IMG/VR virus record: IMGVR_UViG_3300021963_000165
Coordinates: 1 to 53,320 of that record
DNA length: 53,320 bases
Direction: 5' to 3' (one strand)
Source of the DNA: a virus
Taxonomy: Duplodnaviria; Caudoviricetes
Shown here: positions 44,161 through 53,320 of the stretch, piece after piece
How the letters are laid out: every line of letters begins with the position of its first letter
How positions within the stretch are numbered: the stretch's first letter is position 1
Notes under the pieces: model-generated
What the model was told of the DNA's origin: nothing
Seen by the model: the letters and a program-made list of their open reading frames with translations, nothing else
The model's database searches: none
Made by a program: the position numbers and the translations under genes

Positions 44161-44591
44161 CAGCTCGCGCCTCCGCCGTCGATCTCGTTGGTATCAACCC
44201 ATTCTGATCCGTTGTAGATCAGGGCATCGCCCTGCTGAGCGCTGGTGATGTTCACGTCGGTGAGATCAGCAAGGCCAAAGTCACGCGGATCCTGGCCAGG
44301 GGCAGAGCTTTCGGGTGCCAGCCTCGTCAGCATCAGATCGGTGAACATGCCGTCATCGATCTTCATCGCTTCCCGTACCTGATAATTCACGCCATCGACC
44401 GTGATCGGCGAGCCGTATAGCAAACCGCCAAAATCGGCAGTCCGCACGGTCAGTTTGTAGTCGGTGGTCAGCACCATGCCATCGGCCACCACCTGCGACG
44501 GCATGTCCAAGATTCCCTTGGCGGTCACGGCGCCACTGGTGCAGGTGACGCCGAAGTCCTCGAGGAACAGATTCAGATCTTCCGTGATCAC
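44160..44591 (-). CDS. Head-tail joining protein with fibre-like C-terminal extension
   Basis: EDL..FL.DFGV...ITVDGVNYQVRE; tail LADLTDV..GDALIYNG.EW..IDGG. Confidence 0.75.
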   Translation of the reverse strand: MITEDLNLFLEDFGVTCTSGAVTAKGILDMPSQVVADGMVLTTDYKLTVRTADFGGLLYGSPITVDGVNYQVREAMKIDDGMFTDLMLTRLAPESSAPGQDPRDFGLADLTDVNITSAQQGDALIYNGSEWVDTNEIDGGGAS

Positions 44592-45598
44592 AGCGCCACC
44601 GCCTTGCCGCGTGCAATCAGGCTAGCCGCATCGGCTGCCAGCACTGAAACCTCGGTTCCAGCCCAAGTCTGCCGGCCGCCCAGCATCACGTTGCCCAGCA
44701 GACGGATGCGCTGCTCGCGGCCGATTGGACGCCGTGGCATCACCTGCTTAAGTCGCTCGATTCGAAACACACCCGTCGCGCAATCCAAGTCATTGCGCCC
44801 ATAGCTCACCAGCGCCTTGCTGCCATACACCTCCAGCCCGCCGGGAAAGACGCACATTGGCTGCCAGCCTTGAGCGTGTTCCGGTGCCCCCCAGTCGTCC
44901 TGCGCCGTCACGACCGGCGATTGCGAAATCATCCGCGGAGCATGTGGTGATGCCGCGTCAAACGTCAGGAATCCCATGTGGTACAGACGATGCCGCCGAG
45001 GATGCTTCTCCCAGCTGTGCATCATCATGATCTTCTGGCCCTCCCAGTCGACCGCCGGCGAGCCACCGCTCAGCCGGCCCCACTGCCAGCTCACCGGCGC
45101 ATGGCGCCATTCCTGAACCACCTCATCGCCATCGAGCTCCAGCACCACCCAGCCAGCTGTGCCCATGTCGTAGATGCACCGCAGCGCACCCTCCGCCTCA
45201 AAAAACGTCCAGTTCTTTTCCTTGCCTGACCAATCATTGGCGCCGTACTTCGGCACGATCACACTGGCCAGCGTCCAGGTCTTGCCTTTCTTTACCCGCC
45301 CATAGGCTTGCACACACTTCCAGCCCTTCTCGTCGCCATAGCGGGCGATTGAAAACGCAATCCAAACATCGCCGCCGAACCAGAACAGCCTTGGATCTTC
45401 AAAGGAGCACCCGGCGTAGCCCGCGACCTTCAAGCGCTGGTTTTTCAGCACCTTCATGTCGCGATCCATCTCAGCGAGCACGATCTCACTGACCTTGAAA
45501 TCCTCAGGCTCAGAACGGTACGCCAACAGAAAGCCCTCCCCAGTCGAAACCAGGGAGGGGTTGTAGTTCCGCTTGGCCTGGATCAGACCAGCGATCAT
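44588..45598 (-). CDS. Five-bladed propeller glycosidase-like (GH130/GH43 clan) protein with a small C-terminal domain
   Basis: YNPSL, EDPRLF, EKNWTFF, SGGSP, VFPGGL...SYG.ND. Confidence 0.7.
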   Translation of the reverse strand: MIAGLIQAKRNYNPSLVSTGEGFLLAYRSEPEDFKVSEIVLAEMDRDMKVLKNQRLKVAGYAGCSFEDPRLFWFGGDVWIAFSIARYGDEKGWKCVQAYGRVKKGKTWTLASVIVPKYGANDWSGKEKNWTFFEAEGALRCIYDMGTAGWVVLELDGDEVVQEWRHAPVSWQWGRLSGGSPAVDWEGQKIMMMHSWEKHPRRHRLYHMGFLTFDAASPHAPRMISQSPVVTAQDDWGAPEHAQGWQPMCVFPGGLEVYGSKALVSYGRNDLDCATGVFRIERLKQVMPRRPIGREQRIRLLGNVMLGGRQTWAGTEVSVLAADAASLIARGKAVAL

Positions 45599-45600
45599 GC

Positions 45601-47850
45601 TCAGGACAGAGCGCCGGTGCCGTAGCAGAAGGCGCCGGCCTGCTTCACAGCGAAGTCGACATCCTGCAGAGCAATGATGCGCACGGTGCCGCTGGTGGCG
45701 CCGGCGTAGGGATCGAGGGTCAGGTCAAGACCGGACCACATGCCCATGATCATCTGGTTGAAAGCACCGAACACGATGTCATCCAGCAGCAGCTGGTTGG
45801 ACAGCACCACGGGGTAGCCGTTCACTTCGTCGTTCTCGTAGACGAACTTGGCTTCCGTGCCAGCCACGCTGGTGGTCTTCAGAGCGCCGCGAGCAGAGGC
45901 GTTCATCAGATAGCGCATGGCGCCGATGTCGGCGTTGTCCTTGGCGACCTCGGTCTCCATCTGCACCAGCTGGGCGAAAGTGCCGTAGCCGGTCAGGTTG
46001 ACGGTGTTGATGCCAGCGGTGTTAATCAGGCCCAGGGGCTGGTTGCTGTTACCGGAGCCATACAGGCCAGCGCGGTCGATCTCGAGAGCGATCACGCGAG
46101 CCAGGTCGTTGCGCACCATCTGCTCCACATCGATGGAGCTCTGGAGCAGCAGGCGACGGCTGTAGTCGACGAAGGCGCCCACGGTCTTGGGCGACATGGT
46201 CACCTGACCCAGGGTCTGCTCGGACTCGGTCGGAGCGTTGCCTTCACCCACCCAGTAAGCAGTGGCAGCGCCGGTCTGCTTGGGAATAGCGACGTTGCCC
46301 TGCAGGCCGTTCAGCACGGTGGCGCCGACTTGAGCCAGAGCGAGGCGGTTGCGAAGCAGCTCGATGAAGGAGCCAGCCAGCAGATCGGTGGCAACAAGGT
46401 TGCCGCCAGCGGTAGCGGGGGAGGTGGCCAGGTCACGGCGCAGCACCTCGTTGGGCACCATCAGGCCGTTGGCAGGCTTGCCGTAGGCCTTGGTGGCAGC
46501 GTCAGAAACTTCGCGCTCGAAAGCGGCAGCTTCAGCGGCCTGCTTGTCGCCAGGGTTGGCGAGGTAGTTCAGGGCGCGGAGGAAGGAGTAGCTGCGGGTC
46601 TCCTTCTCGTTCAGGCCGACCTCATTGGTCGATTCGATGCGGTGCTCCACTTTGGTGCTGCGGGTGTCGATTTTTTCGAGGAAGGCAGCACGGGCCTCGT
46701 CGAGGCTGCGGCCACCGTCGATGAGCTCACGTGCAAGCTCGGTCATGCCGTGCTTGTCGCCGAGGGCGGTGATGGAAGCGATACGGCTACGCTCGGCCTC
46801 GACGGCCTTGGACCGGATCACCTCCACGTCAGGGGTGGTGTTCTCCATTTGAACCTCAGGTTCTTGAGGGGTTGGTGATGCGGCGGTGGCCGCAGAGTCG
46901 ATCGCAAGCGACCGGCCTACACCCACAGTGGGGTCTGCCGGGATGCTAACAACCGACACTTCGTACGGACTCCACTGAGTGGCTACGAAGTTGTCGCCTC
47001 GCTCCTCCATCTTGTCGATGGCATAGCCAAAGCTGACGCCCCGAAGAACGCCGTCTTTAACATCAGCCATCACCTCCTTGGCGAAGCTATTGCGAGAGAA
47101 GCGGACTTTGACGTAGCCACGCTTCTTTTTGCCGTCGACCCATGCACGCTCGACGACACCCACCACCTTGTCAGGGTTGTGGTTGAAGAGCAGAGGTGCG
47201 CCCGAATTGAGTCGGGTCAGGTCAGCGGCTTCACCCTCGTGGCTCAGCACTTCGTTGCCGAAGTATCGAGCTACGGGGTATTCGGAGCTGAAGGGAAACT
47301 CGAAAGTCCGATCCTCCACCTCCGCGAAGACGGTGGCTTCGGTGCGCTGATATTTTCCTTCCATCGAGCGAAGGGCGTCGATCTTGGTCAGGGTGCTGAA
47401 GCGATGACCAACCATCGTCTCAGTTGCCTGCCAACCTTCTGCACCTTCGCGGAAAATGCGGATCAGCGCAGCGGGATCCTCTTCTGAGGCCTCGATGCTG
47501 AACTCGCTGTCGGGAACACCTAGTGTTCCCTCGCGCATGATGTGCTCGATCTGGCCACGGGCGCGGCCGCCAGAGCTATTCCAGCTGACGAAATCGCCAG
47601 TCTTAAGGTCGCCAGGCTTGGCTCGCTCGATGACCATCGGCATCACCTCTTCCTCGGCTGCTTCTTCAGCTTCGGTTTCGGCCTCGGGGTCTTCGCCAGA
47701 GAGGGTCTCGATCACATCCTCGACCACTTCGGCCATGTGCTCAGCCACGACCTCGGCCACGGTTTCACCAATAGCCGCTACTTGTTCTTCGGAAAGATCG
47801 TGCATTGCACGCTCTTTCTGCTCGTTGGTTTGTTCTTTGAGTTCGTCCAT
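45601..47850 (-). CDS. Prohead protease - major capsid fusion (HK97 fold)
   Basis: PLLFNH, GVSFGY, EVSVVSIPAD; GGNLVATD, SRRLLLQSSIDVE. Confidence 0.92.
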   Translation of the reverse strand: MDELKEQTNEQKERAMHDLSEEQVAAIGETVAEVVAEHMAEVVEDVIETLSGEDPEAETEAEEAAEEEVMPMVIERAKPGDLKTGDFVSWNSSGGRARGQIEHIMREGTLGVPDSEFSIEASEEDPAALIRIFREGAEGWQATETMVGHRFSTLTKIDALRSMEGKYQRTEATVFAEVEDRTFEFPFSSEYPVARYFGNEVLSHEGEAADLTRLNSGAPLLFNHNPDKVVGVVERAWVDGKKKRGYVKVRFSRNSFAKEVMADVKDGVLRGVSFGYAIDKMEERGDNFVATQWSPYEVSVVSIPADPTVGVGRSLAIDSAATAASPTPQEPEVQMENTTPDVEVIRSKAVEAERSRIASITALGDKHGMTELARELIDGGRSLDEARAAFLEKIDTRSTKVEHRIESTNEVGLNEKETRSYSFLRALNYLANPGDKQAAEAAAFEREVSDAATKAYGKPANGLMVPNEVLRRDLATSPATAGGNLVATDLLAGSFIELLRNRLALAQVGATVLNGLQGNVAIPKQTGAATAYWVGEGNAPTESEQTLGQVTMSPKTVGAFVDYSRRLLLQSSIDVEQMVRNDLARVIALEIDRAGLYGSGNSNQPLGLINTAGINTVNLTGYGTFAQLVQMETEVAKDNADIGAMRYLMNASARGALKTTSVAGTEAKFVYENDEVNGYPVVLSNQLLLDDIVFGAFNQMIMGMWSGLDLTLDPYAGATSGTVRIIALQDVDFAVKQAGAFCYGTGALS

Positions 47851-49484
47851 CAGTTAAGCGGTCCTTCTGGACGCTCAGATTGAACTTCATCCACCTTAGT
47901 CGCTTTCTTGCGACGCGATCTTGTCGGGCGGCGGGGAGGCTCCGGGGCAACAGACGCCTCCCCGCCGTCGACCACCGGCTCCTCGGGAGTTGAAGGAGCA
48001 GGCGATGCTGGTGCTGCAGCCATGTCTACATCGAGCTGGACGCCAAGGTCGGCGGCCGTCTTCCGCTCGCGAGCGATCTGCTGCAGGTTCTCGTCTAGAT
48101 CACCACCCAGCTGGGCGCAGATCTGGGCCTTGGTCATGTAGCCAGCGGCTTCCATCTCCCGGTAGGCCTTCACCTCCTTGAGCGGATCCACCCAGCTCCA
48201 GCCGCGGGCAAGCCATTTCGGGCTGTCGTAGCGCTCCGGCCGCAGTTCGTAGTCGGGCAGTGCCAGCTCGCCGCTGAGCACAGCCACGTCGAGCCACTCG
48301 CGGAACACCCGCATGTGGAAGTTTTCGATCAGGTAGGACTGCACCACCTTCCAGTGGTCGCGATCCTCGAGCAGCGACAGGCGGCTGCTGCTGTAGTTCG
48401 TCTCCGAGAAGTCGCGGCTCAGGGTTTCATAGGAGCAGCCGAAGCCAGACGCGAACCGGCGCGTCTTGGCACGCACGAAGTCCTCGTACTGGTCGTCCGG
48501 CGACGAGATGTTCGGCACAGTCACCTGCTGGCCGGGGTCTAGGTACTTGAACACCCCAGGCTCAAACTCGCTGATCCGCTGTTCGCCCTCAACGTCATCC
48601 GCCTCGAGCTCGCCCTCGGGGCTGGTGACGAAGCCCATCAGCGATGCCGCCGAGCGGGCACGCACAACCGCAGCCTCTTCGTAGCCCGCCAACTGGTGCG
48701 CATCGGTGATCACTGGGGCAAACCAGGGCACGCCTCGGTGCTGGTTGGGGCGCTCGGGCACAAACAGGTGGATCACGTCCCGCGCCGGCAGGAAGACGTG
48801 CTTCACCGTCGACTTGTCCGGCGCACCTTGGAACCAGTAATCGCCGGGGTGGCGGGTCAGGAACGCATACTGCACCGGGCGGCCGTAGCGGTCGATCTCG
48901 ACCCCCATGCGCCACTCGTTGCCCTTGGCGCTCACCGCACCGTTGTACTCATCGTCGAGCAGATCGCTTTCGATGATCTCCAGCGCCAGCGGAATCTTGC
49001 TGCCGCCAAACGGCTTGCGGTGGATACGAAACAGCACCTCGCCGCTCTCGGGTAGGGCGCCCGCGGCCAGCCACTCAAACATGTGGAAGCTGCTCTTGCC
49101 CGCCACATCGCAGTGATCTTTCCGGCACCACCGCTCCCACTTGGTCTCGGTTGCCGCGTTGATCCGCTCGTCGCGCTTGTTGCCGCGCAGGGTCATCACC
49201 TGCGACTGCAGCTTGATGCCCTGACCCACCACGTTGATCTGGGTGGTGCGCTTTGCCTGCTTTGCGTACGGGTTGTCCCGCACCATCTGGCGGCTGCGGT
49301 CACGCAGCTTGCGCAGGCTGGTCTTGATCTCGGCGTCGGCGCTGGTGCCGTTGCTGATCCAGTCGCTCGTCAGCCGGTTGATGATCGCGCCCGCATAGGT
49401 GCGCCGCCTGCGCCGAGCCGGTTCCGGCGCCGCAGGCTTCGGCCCAAATCCGAGGGCCGTCATGACTCGAGTGCGGATGCCCAT
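47850..49484 (-). CDS. Portal protein, lambda family
   Basis: LRDRSRQMVRDN, QHRGVPWF, NYSSSRLSLLE, WVDPLKEV. Confidence 0.95.
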   Translation of the reverse strand: MGIRTRVMTALGFGPKPAAPEPARRRRRTYAGAIINRLTSDWISNGTSADAEIKTSLRKLRDRSRQMVRDNPYAKQAKRTTQINVVGQGIKLQSQVMTLRGNKRDERINAATETKWERWCRKDHCDVAGKSSFHMFEWLAAGALPESGEVLFRIHRKPFGGSKIPLALEIIESDLLDDEYNGAVSAKGNEWRMGVEIDRYGRPVQYAFLTRHPGDYWFQGAPDKSTVKHVFLPARDVIHLFVPERPNQHRGVPWFAPVITDAHQLAGYEEAAVVRARSAASLMGFVTSPEGELEADDVEGEQRISEFEPGVFKYLDPGQQVTVPNISSPDDQYEDFVRAKTRRFASGFGCSYETLSRDFSETNYSSSRLSLLEDRDHWKVVQSYLIENFHMRVFREWLDVAVLSGELALPDYELRPERYDSPKWLARGWSWVDPLKEVKAYREMEAAGYMTKAQICAQLGGDLDENLQQIARERKTAADLGVQLDVDMAAAPASPAPSTPEEPVVDGGEASVAPEPPRRPTRSRRKKATKVDEVQSERPEGPLN

Positions 49485-50071
49485 CAGCGGTTACCGAAGC
49501 GGACGAACAGGTTGTGGGGGTTACCCAGGCCGTTGGCGATCATCGCCGCCTTGTTCTCGCGGGCGACCGCAGCCTTCAGGCGGGACTCCAGAGCGAGCAG
49601 CTCAGCCAGGTCGTAACGCTTCAGGCTACGGGTGCCGATCCGGTACTCCTGCACCGCACCGCCACTCATCAGCGCACGGATCGCGGCCTGCACAGAGTCC
49701 AGATCCTTTTGCGCCTGGCTGCGACCGTCAACGGCGGCAGGTGTTCCGGTGTAGGCGAGATTGGGGTCAACCTCGAACGTGCCTGAACCCAGCGTCGTCT
49801 TTGCGCCGCCAACCAGTGCTGTTGCAGTTGCCTGCCAGTAGCCGGTGTCGTCCTCGTGAAACCCAGCCGTGGTATTGGCGCTCAGCGTGAACTTCCACCC
49901 ACTGCCTTCAGCCACGCCCACTGCAGTGGCGCCGTGGTTGTTGCGGTTGAACCGGACGAAATAGGTGAGGCTGTGAGTGGCACTCGTAATCGGCGCACCG
50001 AAAACGTCCACCGTGGGATCGTCCACCCACACAACCGTGTCGCCGGCCCGGATTTTCGAGGGGATCTTCAC
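49484..50071 (-). CDS. Head completion protein (gpW-like C-terminus)
   Basis: VQEYRIGTRSLKRYDLAEL; lies between terminase and portal. Confidence 0.7.
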   Translation of the reverse strand: MKIPSKIRAGDTVVWVDDPTVDVFGAPITSATHSLTYFVRFNRNNHGATAVGVAEGSGWKFTLSANTTAGFHEDDTGYWQATATALVGGAKTTLGSGTFEVDPNLAYTGTPAAVDGRSQAQKDLDSVQAAIRALMSGGAVQEYRIGTRSLKRYDLAELLALESRLKAAVARENKAAMIANGLGNPHNLFVRFGNR

Positions 50072-50075
50072 GGCC

Positions 50076-51929
50076 TCACCACTGACGGACAAAACTCCGT
50101 TTCGGAGCCTTGTTCGATCTTAGCGGCGCCTTTCGCTCCCTTTCTACGGGCTTTTCGAGCCGTTTCTCCAGCTGATCCCAGATTGTTCTGCGGTCATACC
50201 GCTGATACAGCCGATTTAATCCTGCATACGCATAAACAAGCTCGTCTAACGCTTCATTTCGCTGGCTTGATTTCTTTACCCATACCCTTTCGGGGTAACC
50301 GCGAACGAATCGAGTGATCTGCTTTTCTGCAGTCAATTCCTCGAAATACTCTTTCCCGGCCTCAGCGTAGAAGTGCAAATAGCCCGGCCCGGGCTCGTTG
50401 TGCTTCAACCTGCCGAACAGCAGGCTCTTCACGGTGTCCGAGCCCACCGGATACACCTCGGCGCCTTTCTTCAGCGCCCGGCCCTTGTGGTTCAGGTCGA
50501 CCTTGGTGGGCTTACCAATCGGCGGCTTGCCCTTCTGGCTCTGGCCCTTCACCGCGATCACGCCCAGGTTCTGGCGCTCGCGGGCGTACTGGTACACCTC
50601 CATCGTGTGGTGACCGCCGGAGTCAATGCACACCACGTCCGGCCGCAGCTCGCCGCCGAGCGCATGCTTGAACGGCCTCAGGATGATCTCGTCGAGCTGC
50701 TTCCACGGCTCCGGCCGGCTCGGGTCGCCATAGATCACCGACCGATCCACCAGCCATCCCTCTTCCTCGCGCCCCCAGGCCCAGATCGACAGGCTGAGCC
50801 TGTTGTCCTGCACGTCGCAGCCGATCGTCACCGCTGACGCCTCGGCCGGGATCATCTTCGCCTCGTAGAACTCCGCACGCTCGAGCAGGCTGTCGGCGCC
50901 AACCTTCGCCGCGTAATCGTCCTCCCAGCTCTCGCCGAGCACCGTGTTGACGAACGTCTTCAGCGCCTCGGGATCACTCTTCGCCTCGAGAAACTCATCC
51001 CTGAGGTTTTCCCAGCTCGCATTTGGTGAGTAGCTGTAGGCCGCCCAGATGTGGAACGAGGCGTGCTTGCCGTTGCCCGGTGCAGTCGGCCGCCATTCGC
51101 CGCGCTCCACCATCCAGCGCTTCTTGGAATGCGGGATCAGAACACCGCACTGCTCGCACACGTAATGCACCGGGGAGTAGGGATCCTCCCAGCGCATGTT
51201 TGCCCACTTGAGGTACTGCATGTGCCCGCAATCGGGACACGGGCAGAAATACCGCCGCTGGTCGCCCTGGCTGAACAGCCGCTCGATCCGGCTCGCATCC
51301 TTCAGGGTCGGTGTCGACCCCGCCACGATCTTGCGGTTCCAGTAATACTCAGTCCGTCGGATGCCCAGCTTGATCTGGTCGCCCTCAGGGCCGGCACTCG
51401 GTGGGTAGCCGTCCGTCTCGTCAAACATCACCACCCGGCGGCTGACACGGCGGAAGCCACGCGGCGAGTTGGCGCCCACCAGGCCAAGCGTGCCGCCCGG
51501 GTACTGCTTTTGCAGGATGGTGTTCGCGCCGTCCTTTGCCTTGCTGTCGGACACCAGCCCCTTCAGCACCGGCACGTCGCGCAGCATCGGCGCGATCTCT
51601 TCCTTGGAATAGCCCTGCGCGTCCTCGATCGTGGGCTGCACCAGCATCATCGGGCAGGGATCCTGGTGGATGTGGAACGCGATGCAGGCGTTGAGGCACT
51701 TGGTGTAGCCAACCCGAGCGCTCTTCATCACCGAGATCTGCTCGATGCTCGGATCGGTGATCGCGTCCATGATCCCCTTCTGGTAGGGGAGCGTGTGCCA
51801 GCGGCCGGCCTCAGCGCTGCTTTCCGCTGATAAGTAGAAATGCCGATCTGCCCACTCGCTGAGGGTGAGCTTCTCCGGTGGCTTCCACGCCCGGAGCGCA
51901 GACGTAGCAAGCTCGCTAACTTCAGCCAT
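50076..51929 (-). CDS. terL: Terminase large subunit, GpA family
   Basis: KSARVGYT, DETDGY, STPT, GCDVQ, IDSGG, NEALD. Confidence 0.97.
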   Translation of the reverse strand: MAEVSELATSALRAWKPPEKLTLSEWADRHFYLSAESSAEAGRWHTLPYQKGIMDAITDPSIEQISVMKSARVGYTKCLNACIAFHIHQDPCPMMLVQPTIEDAQGYSKEEIAPMLRDVPVLKGLVSDSKAKDGANTILQKQYPGGTLGLVGANSPRGFRRVSRRVVMFDETDGYPPSAGPEGDQIKLGIRRTEYYWNRKIVAGSTPTLKDASRIERLFSQGDQRRYFCPCPDCGHMQYLKWANMRWEDPYSPVHYVCEQCGVLIPHSKKRWMVERGEWRPTAPGNGKHASFHIWAAYSYSPNASWENLRDEFLEAKSDPEALKTFVNTVLGESWEDDYAAKVGADSLLERAEFYEAKMIPAEASAVTIGCDVQDNRLSLSIWAWGREEEGWLVDRSVIYGDPSRPEPWKQLDEIILRPFKHALGGELRPDVVCIDSGGHHTMEVYQYARERQNLGVIAVKGQSQKGKPPIGKPTKVDLNHKGRALKKGAEVYPVGSDTVKSLLFGRLKHNEPGPGYLHFYAEAGKEYFEELTAEKQITRFVRGYPERVWVKKSSQRNEALDELVYAYAGLNRLYQRYDRRTIWDQLEKRLEKPVERERKAPLRSNKAPKRSFVRQW

Positions 51930-52497
51930 CGGCCTCCGCTAGCTCCTCCAGAGCTTCGCGCACGATGTCCTCGAGGATCGCGATCTGGTCCTGAGTGAGA
52001 TCAGGGATCCGCTGCTTGGCTTTCGACGGCACGCCCAGCACCTTGGTGCGGCTGATCGTAATCACCTCCACCCACTTCGCTTCGACATCGGCCGCCCGCA
52101 CCAACAGGCCTTCCTTCTCCTTGCGCTCGAGCTCGAGCAGCTCGGCCTTAAGGAACTCAGTGCGGGCACGGCTCTCGTTGTACTCAGGGACGATCTCGCC
52201 AGCCTCGGGCGAGGCTAGGCGCTCGGGCTCTGGTGCCTGGCGCTTCGGCCGCGGCTCCGGCCAGGCGGTCTCACCCATCGCGGGCTTGGGACCGACGCCG
52301 ACCTTCTTCATTGTCGTGGCGAACCAGTCCTCGCGCAGCGTCTCCGACTTGATCAGCTCGCGGCCGTCAGCAGTCCGCACGACCGGCAGGCGGCCCTGCT
52401 TGATCGCTTTGTAAACCGCCGTCCGGGACACCCCGAGCGCGTCGGCTGCTTCTGATTTCGTGATCAGCGGCAAGGTGTTGCCGGAGTTGTAAACCAA
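51922..52497 (-). CDS. terS: Terminase small subunit (likely start TTG 52473)
   Basis: N-terminal HTH EAADALGVSRTAVYKA; overlaps the terL start. Confidence 0.85.
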   Translation of the reverse strand: MVYNSGNTLPLITKSEAADALGVSRTAVYKAIKQGRLPVVRTADGRELIKSETLREDWFATTMKKVGVGPKPAMGETAWPEPRPKRQAPEPERLASPEAGEIVPEYNESRARTEFLKAELLELERKEKEGLLVRAADVEAKWVEVITISRTKVLGVPSKAKQRIPDLTQDQIAILEDIVREALEELAEADG

Positions 52498-52826
52498 GGT
52501 TACAGGTTTACAGTCTTGGTTGACGCTAGGACCACAAACCCAGTCTGGAAGGGTAGTCTGGTCGGTTGCCTCGTTCTCGGGGAAAGGGGTGTCTTTGCGT
52601 GAGACTCACAAGACCAGAACTAACTTGCAAAAATCGTGCCTAGGAAAATACTGGGATTCGAATCAACCCACGAGTGCTGCGGCCCAACAGGACCCAATTG
52701 CAGTATCACGCTAGCGTTATGCCGTGGGGCCAGGGGCCGGCCGGCCGCCGATCGGGCGCCGCAATCCGCCAGGCGATCGCCCGCGGATTGCCTGGCAAGC
52801 GAAAGCCCGCCGATAGGGCGGGCATG

Positions 52827-52851
52827 AAAAAGCCGCCCGGTTAAGGGCGGC
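52827..52851 (-). terminator. Intrinsic terminator after the GP88-like gene
   Basis: GCCGCCC-N6-GGGCGGC then TTTTT on the minus strand. Confidence 0.65.
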
Positions 52852-52877
52852 CGTTTCGCTTTCGGCTTCGTCGCCTG

Positions 52878-53320
52878 TCAGTTCGGCAATAGCTGGATCA
52901 AGCCGTCAGGCAAGCGAACCGCGGGAGCATTGGGCAGGATGAAACCGGAAACCGCAGGATCGGCACCGCGGGAACGTTTCGCCCGCAAGATCACGGCAAC
53001 CTTTGCCGGATCGTTCCACCGATGATCGGTTTCGTCGCCCGGTACGGTTTGGAGGATCATCGTTTCGCCGTTGTAGGAGATTGCGACGCGGGCGGGAAGC
53101 GGGTCGGCTTTGCCTAGTTCGATCGGAATCGCAATCCGAAAGCCCGCCCTAGCAGCCGCGAAAGCGTCACGGGCGGCCGTTGCACGATCGGCGGCAAGGG
53201 AAGCCGTCACGTCGAAACCGGCGGCCCGTTGCGCTTCAAGCCCGGTTCGGCCGTGGGTCGGTGCTTTGCTGTATTCATACAGCTTGACGGATCCCTCGGC
53301 GCGGGCAGTTTGGAACGAAT
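52878..53320 (-). CDS. GP88-like protein, 3' part
   Basis: VPGDETDHRWNDP..VILRAK; frame open to the contig end. Confidence 0.75.
   Translation of the reverse strand, partial: SFQTARAEGSVKLYEYSKAPTHGRTGLEAQRAAGFDVTASLAADRATAARDAFAAARAGFRIAIPIELGKADPLPARVAISYNGETMILQTVPGDETDHRWNDPAKVAVILRAKRSRGADPAVSGFILPNAPAVRLPDGLIQLLPN
53181..53306. repeat. Terminal direct repeat, right copy
   Basis: Identical to 1-126. Confidence 0.95.

Noticed and set aside
52500-52720. Exact cos site
   Set aside because: Expected here by position, but no cosN sequence could be identified with confidence

Overview
An apparently complete, circularly assembled temperate tailed-phage genome of about 53,180 bp: bases 1-126 recur at 53181-53306 and one ORF reads through the join. 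It is lambda-like: GpA-type terminase, lambda-family portal, protease-capsid fusion, long tape measure, J-like tail tip. Modules: replication/recombination (primase-helicase, VRR-NUC, SF2 helicase, RecE/RecT-like pair, SSB), a long run of small early genes, nucleotide metabolism (dNMP kinase, dCTP deaminase, ThyX), tyrosine integrase next to a tRNA-Phe-derived attP, lysis, tail and head. ThyX type, endolysin architecture and LexA-type boxes point to a cyanobacterial host, whereas the attP looks proteobacterial. Most notable: (1) a compositionally distinct ~2.5 kb leader region next to the presumed cos end, with cassette-like small acidic genes, closed by a dense operator array that includes tandem cyanobacterial LexA-type boxes; (2) a canonical -1 frameshift signal in a holin-like gene that reaches an otherwise start-less ORF coupled to the endolysin; (3) a circularly permuted M23 peptidase in the tape measure; (4) a glycosidase-like propeller fused to a small head-associated domain. 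Family assignments come from recalled motifs, not database searches.
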